A stretch of DNA of 64,000 nucleotides from Octopus sinensis (taxonomy: Eukaryota). Below are positions 51,931 through 64,000 of this stretch, one piece after another (the first letter of the stretch is position 1; each line of letters starts with the position of its first letter). The notes beneath the pieces are model-generated. The model saw nothing but the letters and a program-made list of their open reading frames with translations. It made no database searches and was not told where the DNA came from. The position numbers and the translations under genes were made by a program. The DNA lies in the NCBI RefSeq assembly GCF_006345805.1, contig NC_042999.1, positions 136,586,001 to 136,650,000 of the forward strand. Reading direction: 5' to 3'.

Positions 51931-53504
51931 TGATAATGGTGGAAGAGTGCTGCAGATACAGTAAAAAAACTGAGGTACAAGCCTGAAAAGAGTGAAAAAA
52001 ATTATAGAACAAGGAACAAATCTAGATAACTAGAAAAGAAACCCCAAGACTTCAGGTATACTTTGGAAAATATGCCAGTATGATAAGGAGAGGTGTGGCT
52101 GTTTTATAGATTGCAATGTTGTCAGTTCAAATCAGATGTCTTTTTTCTGCAAAGCTTGTATGCAATCATTTCAACACATTTGCTCTCACTACCATGACGA
52201 AGGGAGTATGGAAATGCTTGAACAAGAGGTTGTTGAATGAAGAGAATGAGTAAGAGAGAGAGAGAGAGAGAGAGAGTAAGTACTCTACGTAGACAACAGG
52301 ACTAGCTATAGAAATTGACAGTTATACAACTGAACTGATCAACAAGGATATGAAGGCAGTGAAAGAAGCTGGACTAATGACTAAAACCAGCAAAAAAATA
52401 ATATATATATATCTTACATTATTTATATGACTTGGCTAAACTCATGTTTGAAAATATATATCACTTGTTTCAAATAATATTTGTATGCTAAAAACATTTC
52501 TCACTAAGTTTTATTGATATTTCTCATTGCTTTTTGTTTTTCTTTTTCTAAGGGAACATAACCAGATTTAGTTCTTGAGTTAGTAATGCACTAAATAATA
52601 CATATATAACAGAAAAGATAGTATTCTTTCAAACAAAGACATCAAAATTTTTTGGCTTTGGTTGGTTAAGATGATTGACAATGTTACAAGGAAAATGTTT
52701 GTATCTTGTTTTAAAATAGTTGGGAGTTTTTTCTAGTTCTAACTACAGCTGAAGTTTAAGAGACATTGCACAAGTGAATACATAACTGCAGTCTTTAGCA
52801 ATACATCAACATTAGTAATAATAATATGTTTTGTAGTTACAGGTGTGGCTGTGTGATTAAGATGTCTGTTTCCCAAATATAATGTGAAGTCCCACTACAT
52901 GGAACCTTAGGGCAAGTGTCTTCTATTATAGCTCAGGCTCACCAGAGCCTTGTGGGTGGATTTGGTAAATTGAAACTGAAAGAAGCCTGTCGTAAGTGTG
53001 TGTGTGTGTACCCTTTCCATCGCTTGATAATTGTAAATGAGAATCACTGTCATACAAGCGATATTGTTTGTTTTCAGTCTTCTATGAGGAAATTTTACCT
53101 TATTTGGAAACAGGTGAGCATTGGTGACAGGAAGAGCATCCAACTGTAGAACATTTGCGTCAGCAAATTCTTTGATTCAAGTAATCATAAGAAAGTGATT
53201 GTTCAATGATGAAGCCACACAAGACTACAAATTATGGAGATGAATTTAATAATTAAATCAGTTCCACTACTCGTGCTTATTTCGTAATTTTTAAAAGATA
53301 TTGACATTTGTAGGATTTGAACTCAAATATTGTAAGGTATTTCATCTGAAACCCCTCTAATTTTGCCACTCTATTACCCAATAATGAGACTAATGTTCTT
53401 GGCCTTTCACACACTTGCAATTGATATTTAATTAAATTAATGCATAAATATTAATATAGTCAATACTGTAGTAATGTATTTCAGAATATCTCAAAATAGT
53501 TTTG

Positions 53505-53790
53505 CACTTCAGCTCTTCAATATCCTTCCGAAGAACCTAAGAGACCTGCATGGGGTGGATGCAGATGTCTTTAAAATAAAACTAGATCTCTTCTTGTCAG
53601 GTGTCCCAGATGAACCAACTTCACGGCAGGAGGTGCAGATGAGGGCAGCTGCATCGAACTCTCTCATGCACCAAATGGCAATTGCTAAAAATCATTCGTG
53701 AAGTAAAATCATGTAGCAACACCAAATGGCAGTGCCCCAGCATGGTCACAGCTTGTGAGCTGAAACTAGATAAAAAATAAAAATAAAATT
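53505..53790 (+). mobile_element. CR1-type LINE 3' fragment (related subfamily)
   Basis: QLFNILPKNLRDLHGVDADVFKIKLDLFLSGVPDEPTSRQEVQMRAA; tail cagcatggtcacagcttgtgagctgaaactag plus A-rich run. Confidence 0.88.
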
Positions 53791-54550
53791 TAAAAATTTA
53801 AAAAAATAGTTCAACTTCTTATGCACATACACACACATATACATGCATGCACACACCCACATACACACATCATTGTATCTGCTTTCCACACTGGGTTTTG
53901 GTGGATTGTTATGATCTAAGTCGGTTCTTTTTAAGAAACTGACTTAGGAAGGCCATAATTCTCTTTTTAAAGAGAGTTACTGCCTTCCTGATTGGAGAAT
54001 CATATCTTATTTGTATATTCCATTTTTGGCATAGTTTCTTTGGCTGGCTGGCTTAAATTGCATCAAGTACCACTTTACAGTGTATACTACATGAATCTTA
54101 TCATGGCACCAGTGCTAGAGGGTTTGTCTTGACTCTACGTTATCTCTGCTCATTTGCCAAACACTTTTGAGTATGTGTGTAACACAAGCATAGTCTTTGA
54201 TTAACCTGTTCATTGTATACTTATTTTATTTTTGATTCTTGTATTTATGATTAATTGTAAGTAGGTTCATTACTTATAAGGGAACTGTTCATCATTCTAA
54301 CTCATGATATCTCCTGTTTGCCACCAGCTACAGGCAAATGACGAACTGTATTCTAATCAAAATAAGAGAAACAGATTAAAGAGTGAGGTGCCTTTTGACA
54401 AGTCACAGGCACATCTTCACTGAATGATGCTCTACAACCAATTGTACAGAATCTCAACCACATGGGATTGATGCACAATGGGTCAAAACAATCGTAATGA
54501 TTAATAAAGAATCTTTTGAATTCCATTTTCTCTTTCTCTTATATGATATA

Positions 54551-55064
54551 TCTATATATATAAAACTCTAGTTGTGTGAGTGTCTGTCCCCTTCGATTTA
54601 GATTCCTAACTCCTCCCACATTTTGCGGTGCAGTTTAACCAAATTCGGGTATCTTATAGTCGTGATTCATATCGAGCCCGTCTAACTATTAGCGCGCGTC
54701 AACGATGAGTCTACGATTTTAAAAATAATTTAACATCATTTTTTATTCCATTTTAATGCATAAAATGCATCGTATGTCGATGGCGGCGGAGTTGGCGTCC
54801 ATGGTCACACCTGCACCTGTTTGCTTCTCCCCCTTCTTCCCTCCCTCGTGAAGCTGTGGGAAGGGAGTGTAAGGATATCAACGTCGTAAAGCGTTGTCAA
54901 GGAGACCAGCGTTCTTTTAGAACAACGACTTCATGGCTTGAAGACACCAAAACAGAAATGGCTAAGAAAGCCCGAATTGGCATCCATAAGGGAAGTAACT
55001 CTCTAAAAATGCTTATATAGTTATTTCCCTTACAAACCCGAGCAACGCCGGGCGATACTGCTAG
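54551..55064 (+). mobile_element. Non-autonomous Helitron (same family, different interior)
   Basis: a|TCTATATATATAAAAC...cccgagcaacgccgggcgatactgCTAG|t; CpG-rich, apparently young. Confidence 0.88.
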
Positions 55065-56399
55065 TTTAATATATATCTGTATAAGGACAGAGGAGTGATA
55101 GAATTTTGAGAGCTTCAGACAAAATACATTGCAGTAATTTATGACTTTTTACATTCTTACTTCAAATTCCACTCACATTACCAGTTGTCCATAACAATCA
55201 ACTGTCCCCTGTAAATATGACTGATCACTTGCTGATTGATACCTCTTGTAGTGCTCCAGCATGGCCTTAAACTATGAAGGATAAAATAATCATTGAAATA
55301 TTGTCTGACAGCTAAAAAAAACATACAGTAGTATAATATATTTGTAAAATCGAAACCAATATGTATATAGTCTTGCATCTTCCACGAGAATGTTATCTAC
55401 TTTCCAAACCCATAAATATACTTTTGGATACTAGAATATTTAAAGTAGCTTTCAAATACCACAATTACCTTCAATAGAAAATTCAGTGTGCTTGTCTCCT
55501 ACATCCAGTCTCAGACAAGTTATTCGGGTTGTGTTTAATAATACTGAATGTAAATTTGTAAATGTGGACATTCAGCAGACAGGGTGTAAACATAATAACA
55601 ACTATGAACTTCAGGTGCAACTGAGGGTGCTTATCTGTTATTTGATGTTCAGGAGGAGGAGGTACTTCTATTGATAACTTTTCTTTGCAATGTCCATACA
55701 AATATTTAATACATAAAATGAATTATTTGAATAATACTAGCTTAATAATAACTTAATTATTTCAGTAGTCAATCTATAAAGAATTATAGCATTATTAAGT
55801 CAGACTATATAATGTTATTGTTTAATCCCAGGAAAGCCCTAACTGAGCAGACTTATGAAGAAGTGTTCCACATGACCAGTCCCAATATTTTTTTTAAATA
55901 TTGGGTATCTAGGACTACATTATCCAATACATGCTTCCATTTTTTAAAGATTATAATGTATAATTTGAAAATCATCTAGCTGCTATTTCTATATTGAGCA
56001 ACTGCATAGTGGCATCATCATTGGCTTACCAGTTTATATAATAGAGTTTGTATGTTAATCTCTATAACACTTACTATGTCAGTTATGAGGATTTATAGTT
56101 TTACTACAACTGATGATTGGGTACAGAAAGCTGAGGAAAAGCTTTATTTAATCCAAATCCACAGCTGACTTAACAACTATATGCTCCTAAAATTATGTAT
56201 ATCTATAATTCCTTTAGGTTTATTTTCTTTAATAAGTGCAGGCATGGCTGTATGGTTAAGAAATTCACTTCCCAACCACATAGTTTCAAGTTCAGTTCCA
56301 TTGCATGACTCCTTGGGCAAGTGTCTTCTATTATAGTGCCAAGTTGACCAATGACTTGAAATTGAATTTAGTGAGTTGTGAAGCCTATTTTATACATAA

Positions 56400-56680
56400 A
56401 TTTGTCTTGGTAGTCTCTCAAGTTTGAGAAAGATGATTCCACAATTTCTTGTTGAACCACCTGTACAGATGCTTTGTTTACAGTGATCAAATGTTTATGC
56501 TGTTCATGAACTCACCCCATCAAATCGACATTGCTTGCACTGGTGCATGGTGTGTCACATGCCAGATGTCACAAGGCAATAAAAAATCAGATACTTTGCT
56601 CAAGAACAGAATGCATTATCTGGTTCAGGAATTGGAAAACCACAATATTGTAATTATGAGTGCAGTACCTTAACTGCTAG
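56400..56680 (-). mobile_element. Third SINE family (tRNA-like head, CORE-like ttgagcaaag)
   Basis: Reverse complement gives gtggtttccaattcctgaacc..ttcttgagcaaagtatc. A related plus-strand copy lies at ~34635-34775. Confidence 0.55.
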
Positions 56681-56933
56681 TCCACAGACATTTGTATATG
56701 TGTGCAAATGTGCATGAATGTTGTTATCGCGTGAATGATTTTTTACTTACCTTGTTGACTTTATGACTGGTCATTCTTCACTTTCACCTGTGGAATTAAA
56801 AAGTACCTTACATGGAAAACAACCAAGGGTTGATAACAAGAAGTGAATTTAGTTGTAAAATTCTACCTTGAGTACATACCTGTCCAACCTGTAGTAAATG
56901 AACAAACAAACTTTTCAGATGAAATTTATTTAA

Positions 56934-57146
56934 TCCTTTAGCAGTTAGATTATTCTGTCAAAATTAATGTTTATTTATTCACATTGTTTTGAATTACTCA
57001 TGCATTAACTCATATCTTCAGATTCTGTTGATATGATTGTTTATTTTAAAAGGACATTGTAGGTAGGTGTGAGAGGCTGGATCTAGTTAGAACATAAAAT
57101 AGACACCATATTTGGGCCAGATCTGGACTGTTTAAATTCTAAAGAA
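56934..57146. mobile_element. piggyBac-like MITE, same family as 16852-17072, opposite orientation
   Basis: TTAA flanks, degenerate TIRs; the interior is the reverse complement of the 16.9 kb copy. Confidence 0.75.
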
Positions 57147-57214
57147 TTAAAGGGAAATTTTAGTGGAGTTTTCATTCTCCTCACATCTTAGAGCATTTTC
57201 TTATAAAACCTCTA

Positions 57215-58287
57215 CATCATTTAATGTCTGCTTTCCATGCTGGCATGGGTTGGACGGTTTGACTGAGAACTGGCAAGCCAGAAGGCTGTACCAGGCTCCA
57301 GTCTGATCTGGCAAGGTTTCTACAGCGGGATGCCCTCCTTCTTAACGCCAACCACTCTGAGAGTGTAGTGGATGCTTTTACATACCACTGGCATGAGGAC
57401 CAGTCAGGTGGTACTGGCATTGACCGTGCTTGAATGGTGCATTTTTACATGTCACCAGCAGGGGAGCCAGTCAGGTTGCATTGGCAACAACCATGTTTGA
57501 ATGGTGCTTTGTTATGTGCCAGTCAGGTGGTACTGGCATTGGCCATGACAATGATTTCACTTGATTCAACAGGTCTTCACAAGCACAGTTTATTGCCCAA
57601 TGATTGAAGAGTACTCTTAAATGGGCTGGTTATGCTACACTGGCATAGGACACAATCTCATTTGACTTCACAGGTCTTTTCAAGCACAGGATATTTTCAA
57701 AGGTCTCAATCACTCGTCATCACCTCCATGAGGCTCAATGTTTGAAGGTCATACTTCACCACCTCATCCCAGGTCTTCCTGGGTCTGCCTCTCCCTCAGG
57801 TTCCCTCTACTGCTAGGGTATGACACTTTTTTACACAACTAGACCGTGTTTCCACACCTGAAACTTCTCCTCTAGTTCTGATAATGAGTCAGCAATTAGA
57901 GCAAGGTCATTAGCATAGAGAAGCTCCAGGGTCATCCTGTATTGAATTCCTCTGTTATTGCCTGGAGGACTATGATGAGTAATAGGGAGCTGAGGACTGA
58001 TCCTTGGTGGACCCCTGCCTGGAATTCTTCACTATACTCTTGCCAACCCTCACCTTACTGACAGCATACCTGTCCATGGCTTGTACAGCTCTCACTAACC
58101 ACTCATCTATCCCTAGTTTTTGCATTGACCACCAGATAAGGGATTGGGGGACCCTGTCAAAGACTTTCTCCATGTCAACAAAAGCCAAGTATTGAGGTTT
58201 ATCTTTGGCTAGGTATTTCACCTGCAGCTGTCTTACCAGAAATATAGCATCAGTGGTGCTTTTCCTTGGTACAAACCCAAACTGCAT
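57215..58287 (-). mobile_element. RTE LINE fragment (RT part plus 3'UTR, internal deletion at ~57845)
   Basis: MQFGFVPRKSTTDAIFLVRQLQVKY...GVHQGSVLS; the 3'UTR matches 45.65-46.3 kb. Confidence 0.9.
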
Positions 58288-59968
58288 TTACTGTTTTCAC
58301 TTCCTCATAGGTAGATATAGTTGTCTGTCATTAAAGAGTAACAATTTAGACACAGTTTAATCTCAGTAATGATCGTGTAAGCTTATTGACCCTGTAATCA
58401 CTGTTAAATCAAATGTTCTGTTACATATGCTTAGTACTGAATAGTAATTATATAGCTTACTCTAGTAACATTTGCTTCAGTTGTTTTAATTTAAGAAAGG
58501 ATTTTATGTTTGGTTTTGTTCTTTTTCACAGATTCTTTTCTTCTTGGTCCTTTGATCTTTTGTTTCTTTGATTTTTAATTTCAGTTGAAATTGCAATATT
58601 TGTGTTCAAAGGCCCTCTATTATTCAACAATTTTGCACAAATCATCAAGGAAGTTACTGCATTATTACTTGACACGCTCACCATAGCAACCAAATCTCTT
58701 TGAGTAAACACCTTACCATCTTTGAACAATTATAAAACCATTGCTGGAAATGCTTTGATTTGTTTTCTACCAACATACCATGGTAGAGTAAAACAAAAGT
58801 GGCCAGGCTACTCAGCAATTGCCCACATCGCACATTCACTGCATTCTATGTTTCTTAAAGGAAATTGATAATTTATCCCTCTGTTTACATACAATTCTAT
58901 GTCAATTATCCTTCCCTTCTGAAATGAGTGAGAGAAGCATAACTACTACTTTGACTCCATTCCCATTAAATTTATAAGCAGTTTTTAAATGTTTTCCTCA
59001 AGCTTTACTTGCAGGAATCTATGTCAAATCAGTTTTGTTACAATTGACTCAAGCCAAGTTCATGAGCAATTTTTTGTGTCAGAACACTCTTGGATTGCCA
59101 CTCTTGTATCATCAATAAAGCAATCACTTGAACTCGAAGCTTATATTGTGACCAGCCCCAATATCTTTTTTAAAATATTGTGTATCTAGGACTACATTAT
59201 CCGATATATGCTTCCATTTTTTAAAGATTATAATGTATTATTTGAAAATCATTTAGCTGCTATTTCTATGTTGAGCAACTCATTCTAAAATTTGTTCTGT
59301 TATTTTCTTCCCTTGCTTACATAATCATCATTTGACATCCACTTTCCATGCTGGCATGGGTCAAACAATTTGACAGAATCTGGTGGGTCCAAGGACTATA
59401 TTATGCTCCAATGTCTGCTTGGGCATGACATCTACAGCTGGATACACTTCCTGACACTAACTACTTTACAATCTGTACTGGATGCTTTTTTTTTTTTTTT
59501 TTTTTTGAGGCCACTGTGCAGTTCACAAAACTAGCAACCCTAAAGGAGCCTCATACTTATTCTATTGGTGTTTTTTTGCTGAATTGCTAAGTTACAGGGA
59601 TGCAAGCAAACCAACACTAGTTGTTATTGGGTGGTGGAGTCAGATTTCTACAGCCAGATACTCTTCCTGTAGTCAACACTTACCTGTTTCCAAGTAAAAT
59701 AATATTTTCCATAATTCTTCAGACATGACTAGCACAGTGGCTGGACAGGATTTCATTGGCAATTGCAAACAAATAATACTGCTTGTATGACAGTGATGTT
59801 TGTTTAAAATTTGCACTTGATGTCAAAATAAAGATACACACACAAAAACATATATATGTGTGTGTATGTATATATATATCACATTTAAAATGACACCTAT
59901 ATACATACATTGGATTAGTGTGAACATACAGATGTACTTCACAAGGACACTGCTTGGAATATAACATC

Positions 59969-60019
<51 letters not shown>

Positions 60020-60201
60020 GGTAACTAGTACTTAATTTATCAACCCCGAAAGGATGAAAGGCAAAGTCGGCCTCGGCAGAATTTGAACTCAGAACGTAAC
60101 GGCAGATGAAATACCGCTAAGCATTTCACCCGGTGTGCTAATGTTTCTGCCAGCTTGCTGCCTTCACCTGGCATGCTAACGTTTCTGCCAGCTCACCGCC
60201 T
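60020..60201 (-). mobile_element. Family-A SINE, CpG-retaining, with duplicated 5' head
   Basis: ccccgaaaggatgaaaggcaaagtcggcctcggcagaatttgaactcagaacg; the head segment occurs twice at ~60135-60201. Confidence 0.85.
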
Positions 60202-61469
60202 TTCAATTTCTATGTCTTTCAATTTCTGTCTACCAAATCCCCTCACAATGCTTTAGTCAGCCTAGAACTATAGTACCATGCAATAGACTAGGAAGCAAAT
60301 ATCTTAACCATACAGCTATCTCCTCTACAGCAAGATATCTGTTTCTGTTGCTCTGTCACACTCTAAGCTCCTCATTGTCTGGCACAAGGTCACTTTTTCC
60401 AATACCCGCCTCAAAGGGTCTTTGTCACACACACACACACACACATCCAGTGCAGGTGCCACATAAAAAGCATCCAGTCTACACTGTAAAGTAGGTGGTG
60501 TTTGTTGTTTTGATAATTCTATGATGGGGTTAAAAACTTCATGAAGAAAAATTGTCAATTTAGTATAACAATTGCTTATAAATCTTATAAAATCTTAATT
60601 ATGATTTATTATCTAAAATTGCTCTTGTAAAATTAAGTGGAAATACCTACAGGTCTTAAAGCTTTCTCTTGACCTGTTTCTTACCTTCAACATTAGGTTG
60701 AGCTAACTTTCTAAATAGATTGCTCTCTTGGTCAATATTTTGTTATATGTTATAAGAATATTTCAGACTTTGTTTTAAGACTTTGGAGAGAATATCTTCA
60801 TTACTAAAGATGTTTGATTTTGACTTAGTTTGATTTCATTCTGCTTCACTATAGTTTGAACCATCTATGTTCTCTCTTACCATCGTTGGTGTATATTTGG
60901 TCATTAGTATAGGGCAAATTTACAACAATTATTAAAACTCTCATATTTGGTAACGGCCCCAACATCTTTTAAGAGCCAAACTAGAAATATTTTCTGATAC
61001 TCTGTGGAATGCTGTGTAATTTTACTACTTAGATATAAAATATTTTGTTTTGTATAAATTTATATTTTTAAATATCATTGCTTGATTTTACTTTTTGAAT
61101 AAAAGCTGTATTGGATTCTATTATAATTAGGTTTATGTGTTATATATTGTATGGTTTTCACAATATAATACACTTTGATTTGAACATAACTTTTTTTTAT
61201 TGTGGACATAGTGAAACACTTAACTCAATAACATGATTGACACTTCAATTAAAATCCCATTTAACAAGCTAAAAAAAAAATAATAAAATCTTATATTGCT
61301 TTCGTATACTACAAAGTAAATTCTTGTTTAATTTATTTATTAGCTATTTATGTTATGGGATGATGGATAGGCTGAATCAGTATAGTTAGTACTCACCATA
61401 ATGCTTTGCTGTATTCAGTTATGTCACTTTAAATTCTGAGTTCAAATGATGCTAAGGTCTACTTTACTA

Positions 61470-61918
61470 ATCCTTTTACTATAGGCGCAAGGCCTAAAAT
61501 TTTGGGAGAGGGGACTGGTTGATTACATTGATCCCAGTGCTAAACTGGTACTATTTTATTGACTCTGAAAGGATGAAAGACAAAATCAGCCTTGGCAGAA
61601 TTTGAGTTCAGAACATAGTGCTGGAAGAAATGCCACTAAGCATTTTGTTCAGTATGCTAACAATTTTGCTAGCTCACCACCATAATATAATAATAATAAT
61701 AATAATAGTTTCAAATATTGGTACAAGACCAGTAATTTTGGGGAAGGGGATAAGTTGATTGATCAACCCCAGTGATTGACCGGTACTTATTCATTGACCC
61801 TGAAATGATGAAAGACAAATTTGACCTTGGCAGAATTTGAACTCAGAATGTAAAAACAAATGATATATCTCTGAGCATTTTGCCCTGCATGCTAATGATT
61901 CTGCCAGCTTGCCACCTT
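61470..61918 (-). mobile_element. Two tandem family-A SINEs separated by (AAT)n
   Basis: Family motifs at ~61470-61680 and ~61708-61918. Confidence 0.85.
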
Positions 61919-63489
61919 AATAATAATAAAATTAATGCTATTGATTTTATTCCTAGTGTCATTGTATAAGTGAAGCCTATGTATATAAATTTATTTATGT
62001 CACATAAATTCCTGGTAGTATCACTTAATTGTTATTAGGACAGGCTGAAAAAATATATATCTTTTACTTGGCAGAATGTGAAGGCATTGCAAGTAAGTAG
62101 TAAGCTGCTTAAGCAAAGCAATTGCTCTACAATATGTTTTATGGCCATATAAAGAAGTTTGTTTTACAGTCATATGATTCCAGGTTTGATCCAACTGCGC
62201 AACAGCTTGTGAGTCAAATTTGGAAGGCAGAAAATGTATGAAATTCCTTGAGATGTACATGTGTGTGGGTGTTAAGTCTCACCTGGGTCAATGTTGTCTT
62301 TCTTCCTTTTGATGTCGATAAAACAAATACTGAATAAAATATTGGACATTAATATGATTGACTAAAACTCTTCAAGTTAGTATTCCAGCATGGTGCAGAT
62401 TGTAATTCACAAAATAGAAGAAATATCACCAACAGCACCATCATCGTATGAACCCACTTTATACCCTACCATCTTAAAATAAAGGAGACATTAGTAATGT
62501 ATTATCAAAATTATTATCAGGTACCAAATATGGCATAATCTTCATTTTTAATTTTTTAAGAGAAGCTTCAAGAAGGTATTAGGAAACCTCTTTTGTTTTC
62601 ACCTATGAAAATTCCATGTCAAGCATGTATTACATGTGAAGAAAGTTACTAAGCAGTGTTCGTTGACCTGATGGTGTAGGGAAGAAGGATATTTTTTTTT
62701 ATCATTTGTTTCAATCACTGGACTGCAACCATGCTGAAGCACCACCTTGTAGGGTTTACTCAAGCAAATCATCTCTTGTACTTATTTTTGTTAAACCACT
62801 AAATTACAGGAACATAAACAAATTTACACAAGTTATGAAGCAGAAGAAAGAGAGGGACACAAATACAAAGATATACACACATATATGATGGATTTTCGCA
62901 TAATTTTCATCTATCTAGTTCATTCACAAGAAATTACTCAGCCTGTGGCTATAGTAGAAGACACTCTATGCTACACAGTGATGCTGGACCTGAAACTTGA
63001 AACTTCATGGTTATGAAGCAAACTTCTTAATTACATGATGTAATATACATGATTGTATACTACATCTGAGAAAATAATGGTATAGTTGTTGCTGAACTAT
63101 CTTTTATCATTGATCTAATCAAGTCTGAGCTAATCTGGAGATAAGCAGCATCAGCATAACATATACCAACACCAGAGTGTCTCTATGGTAGAAATGGCAC
63201 CCATAATTCTTTCAGATCACAGCTTATCATCTTTAAAAGGATGAACACATTGTATATGTCATCTCAGATACATGATGTTAGAAAATGGAATGGGATTGTC
63301 ATGATTGAAAAATTTTCATCATGGTTGACAGAAGACAAAATTATAATGTAACAAATCATCACCAAAATCAGCATCGCCATCATTACCAAACATTATCTGA
63401 ATCTCTTTAAATGCAGCTGAAAATAAGACATTTAAAAATTGCTTTTGTATTATTGTTACTAAATGTTGAATTCAAATCTTACTCAGATA

Positions 63490-63905
63490 GGATTTGAAAT
63501 TCAATCAGACATGTGCTTGTTCTCCAGGAATACAGAATCAATCATCGTGGTTGAACTGAATATTTCCCACCAGGTAAAGAAATTGAGATATTCGGACTTA
63601 GTCGACAAGGCCCTTGTAAAGGGCTGGCATATGGCCTCATTCCCCATTGAAGTCAGTTGTTATGGCTTTCCATCTAGATCAATGTGCTATTTCCTGCAGA
63701 AGATAGGTCTGAAACCCAGGCAACTGAAGAAAGCCATCACAGAAATAGGCACAGCAGTTGAAACTAGCTTGATGACTATGGTAAATAAGCGACCACAAGT
63801 AAAACCATTTCATTAGTGAAGGCTAGCTCAGTCCTTACTGCTCCACTCAGGTAAAGTGTACAGGCAAAAAGGGTGAAATGATTTTAACCCTGACATACCT
63901 ACTGG
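63490..63905 (+). pseudogene. Hero-like non-LTR retrotransposon C-terminal restriction-like endonuclease relic plus 3'UTR
   Basis: IQSDMCLFS..IIVVEL..KKLRYSDLV..KGW..FPIEVSCYGFP..IGLK..KKAITEIG resembles the RPDIVLWS..ELTVPWE..KYxxL..GW..PVEVGCRGF pattern. Confidence 0.72.
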
Positions 63906-64000
63906 CAATATGGTAAGGTTTCCAACATTGCAATGGATTTAGAAGAGCTTTCAAAACTTCTGAGTAGCTCCTTCATTTTCTGCCTGGCACACAGCATCTC

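Noticed and set aside
55486-55674. 62-aa ORF with faint protease-like flavour
   Set aside because: No catalytic motif; similarity too weak to call.

Overview
AT-rich, repeat-dense animal genomic DNA. The SINE, LINE and (TA)n landscape looks like an octopod cephalopod (Octopus-like); this is an inference. I recognise no intact host protein-coding gene. The window is dominated by mobile elements: (1) a young, 5'-truncated Neptune-type Penelope-like element (GIY-YIG ORF) with a ~3 kb CA-rich 3' region ending in a minimal hammerhead ribozyme; (2) three more hammerhead-like motifs, one split by a non-autonomous Helitron; (3) CR1-type and RTE-type LINE copies, one rearranged and one pair fused head-to-head; (4) a Helitron Pif1 helicase relic and a Hero-like endonuclease relic; (5) many hAT, piggyBac-like, pogo-like and long-TIR MITEs with visible TSDs; (6) dense tRNA-derived SINE arrays. 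A CpG-richer, TE-poor stretch at ~28-31 kb has divergent splice-site-bounded exon candidates and may be a bidirectional promoter. Most long ORFs in the supplied track are microsatellite artefacts. All alignments and coordinates were done by eye.
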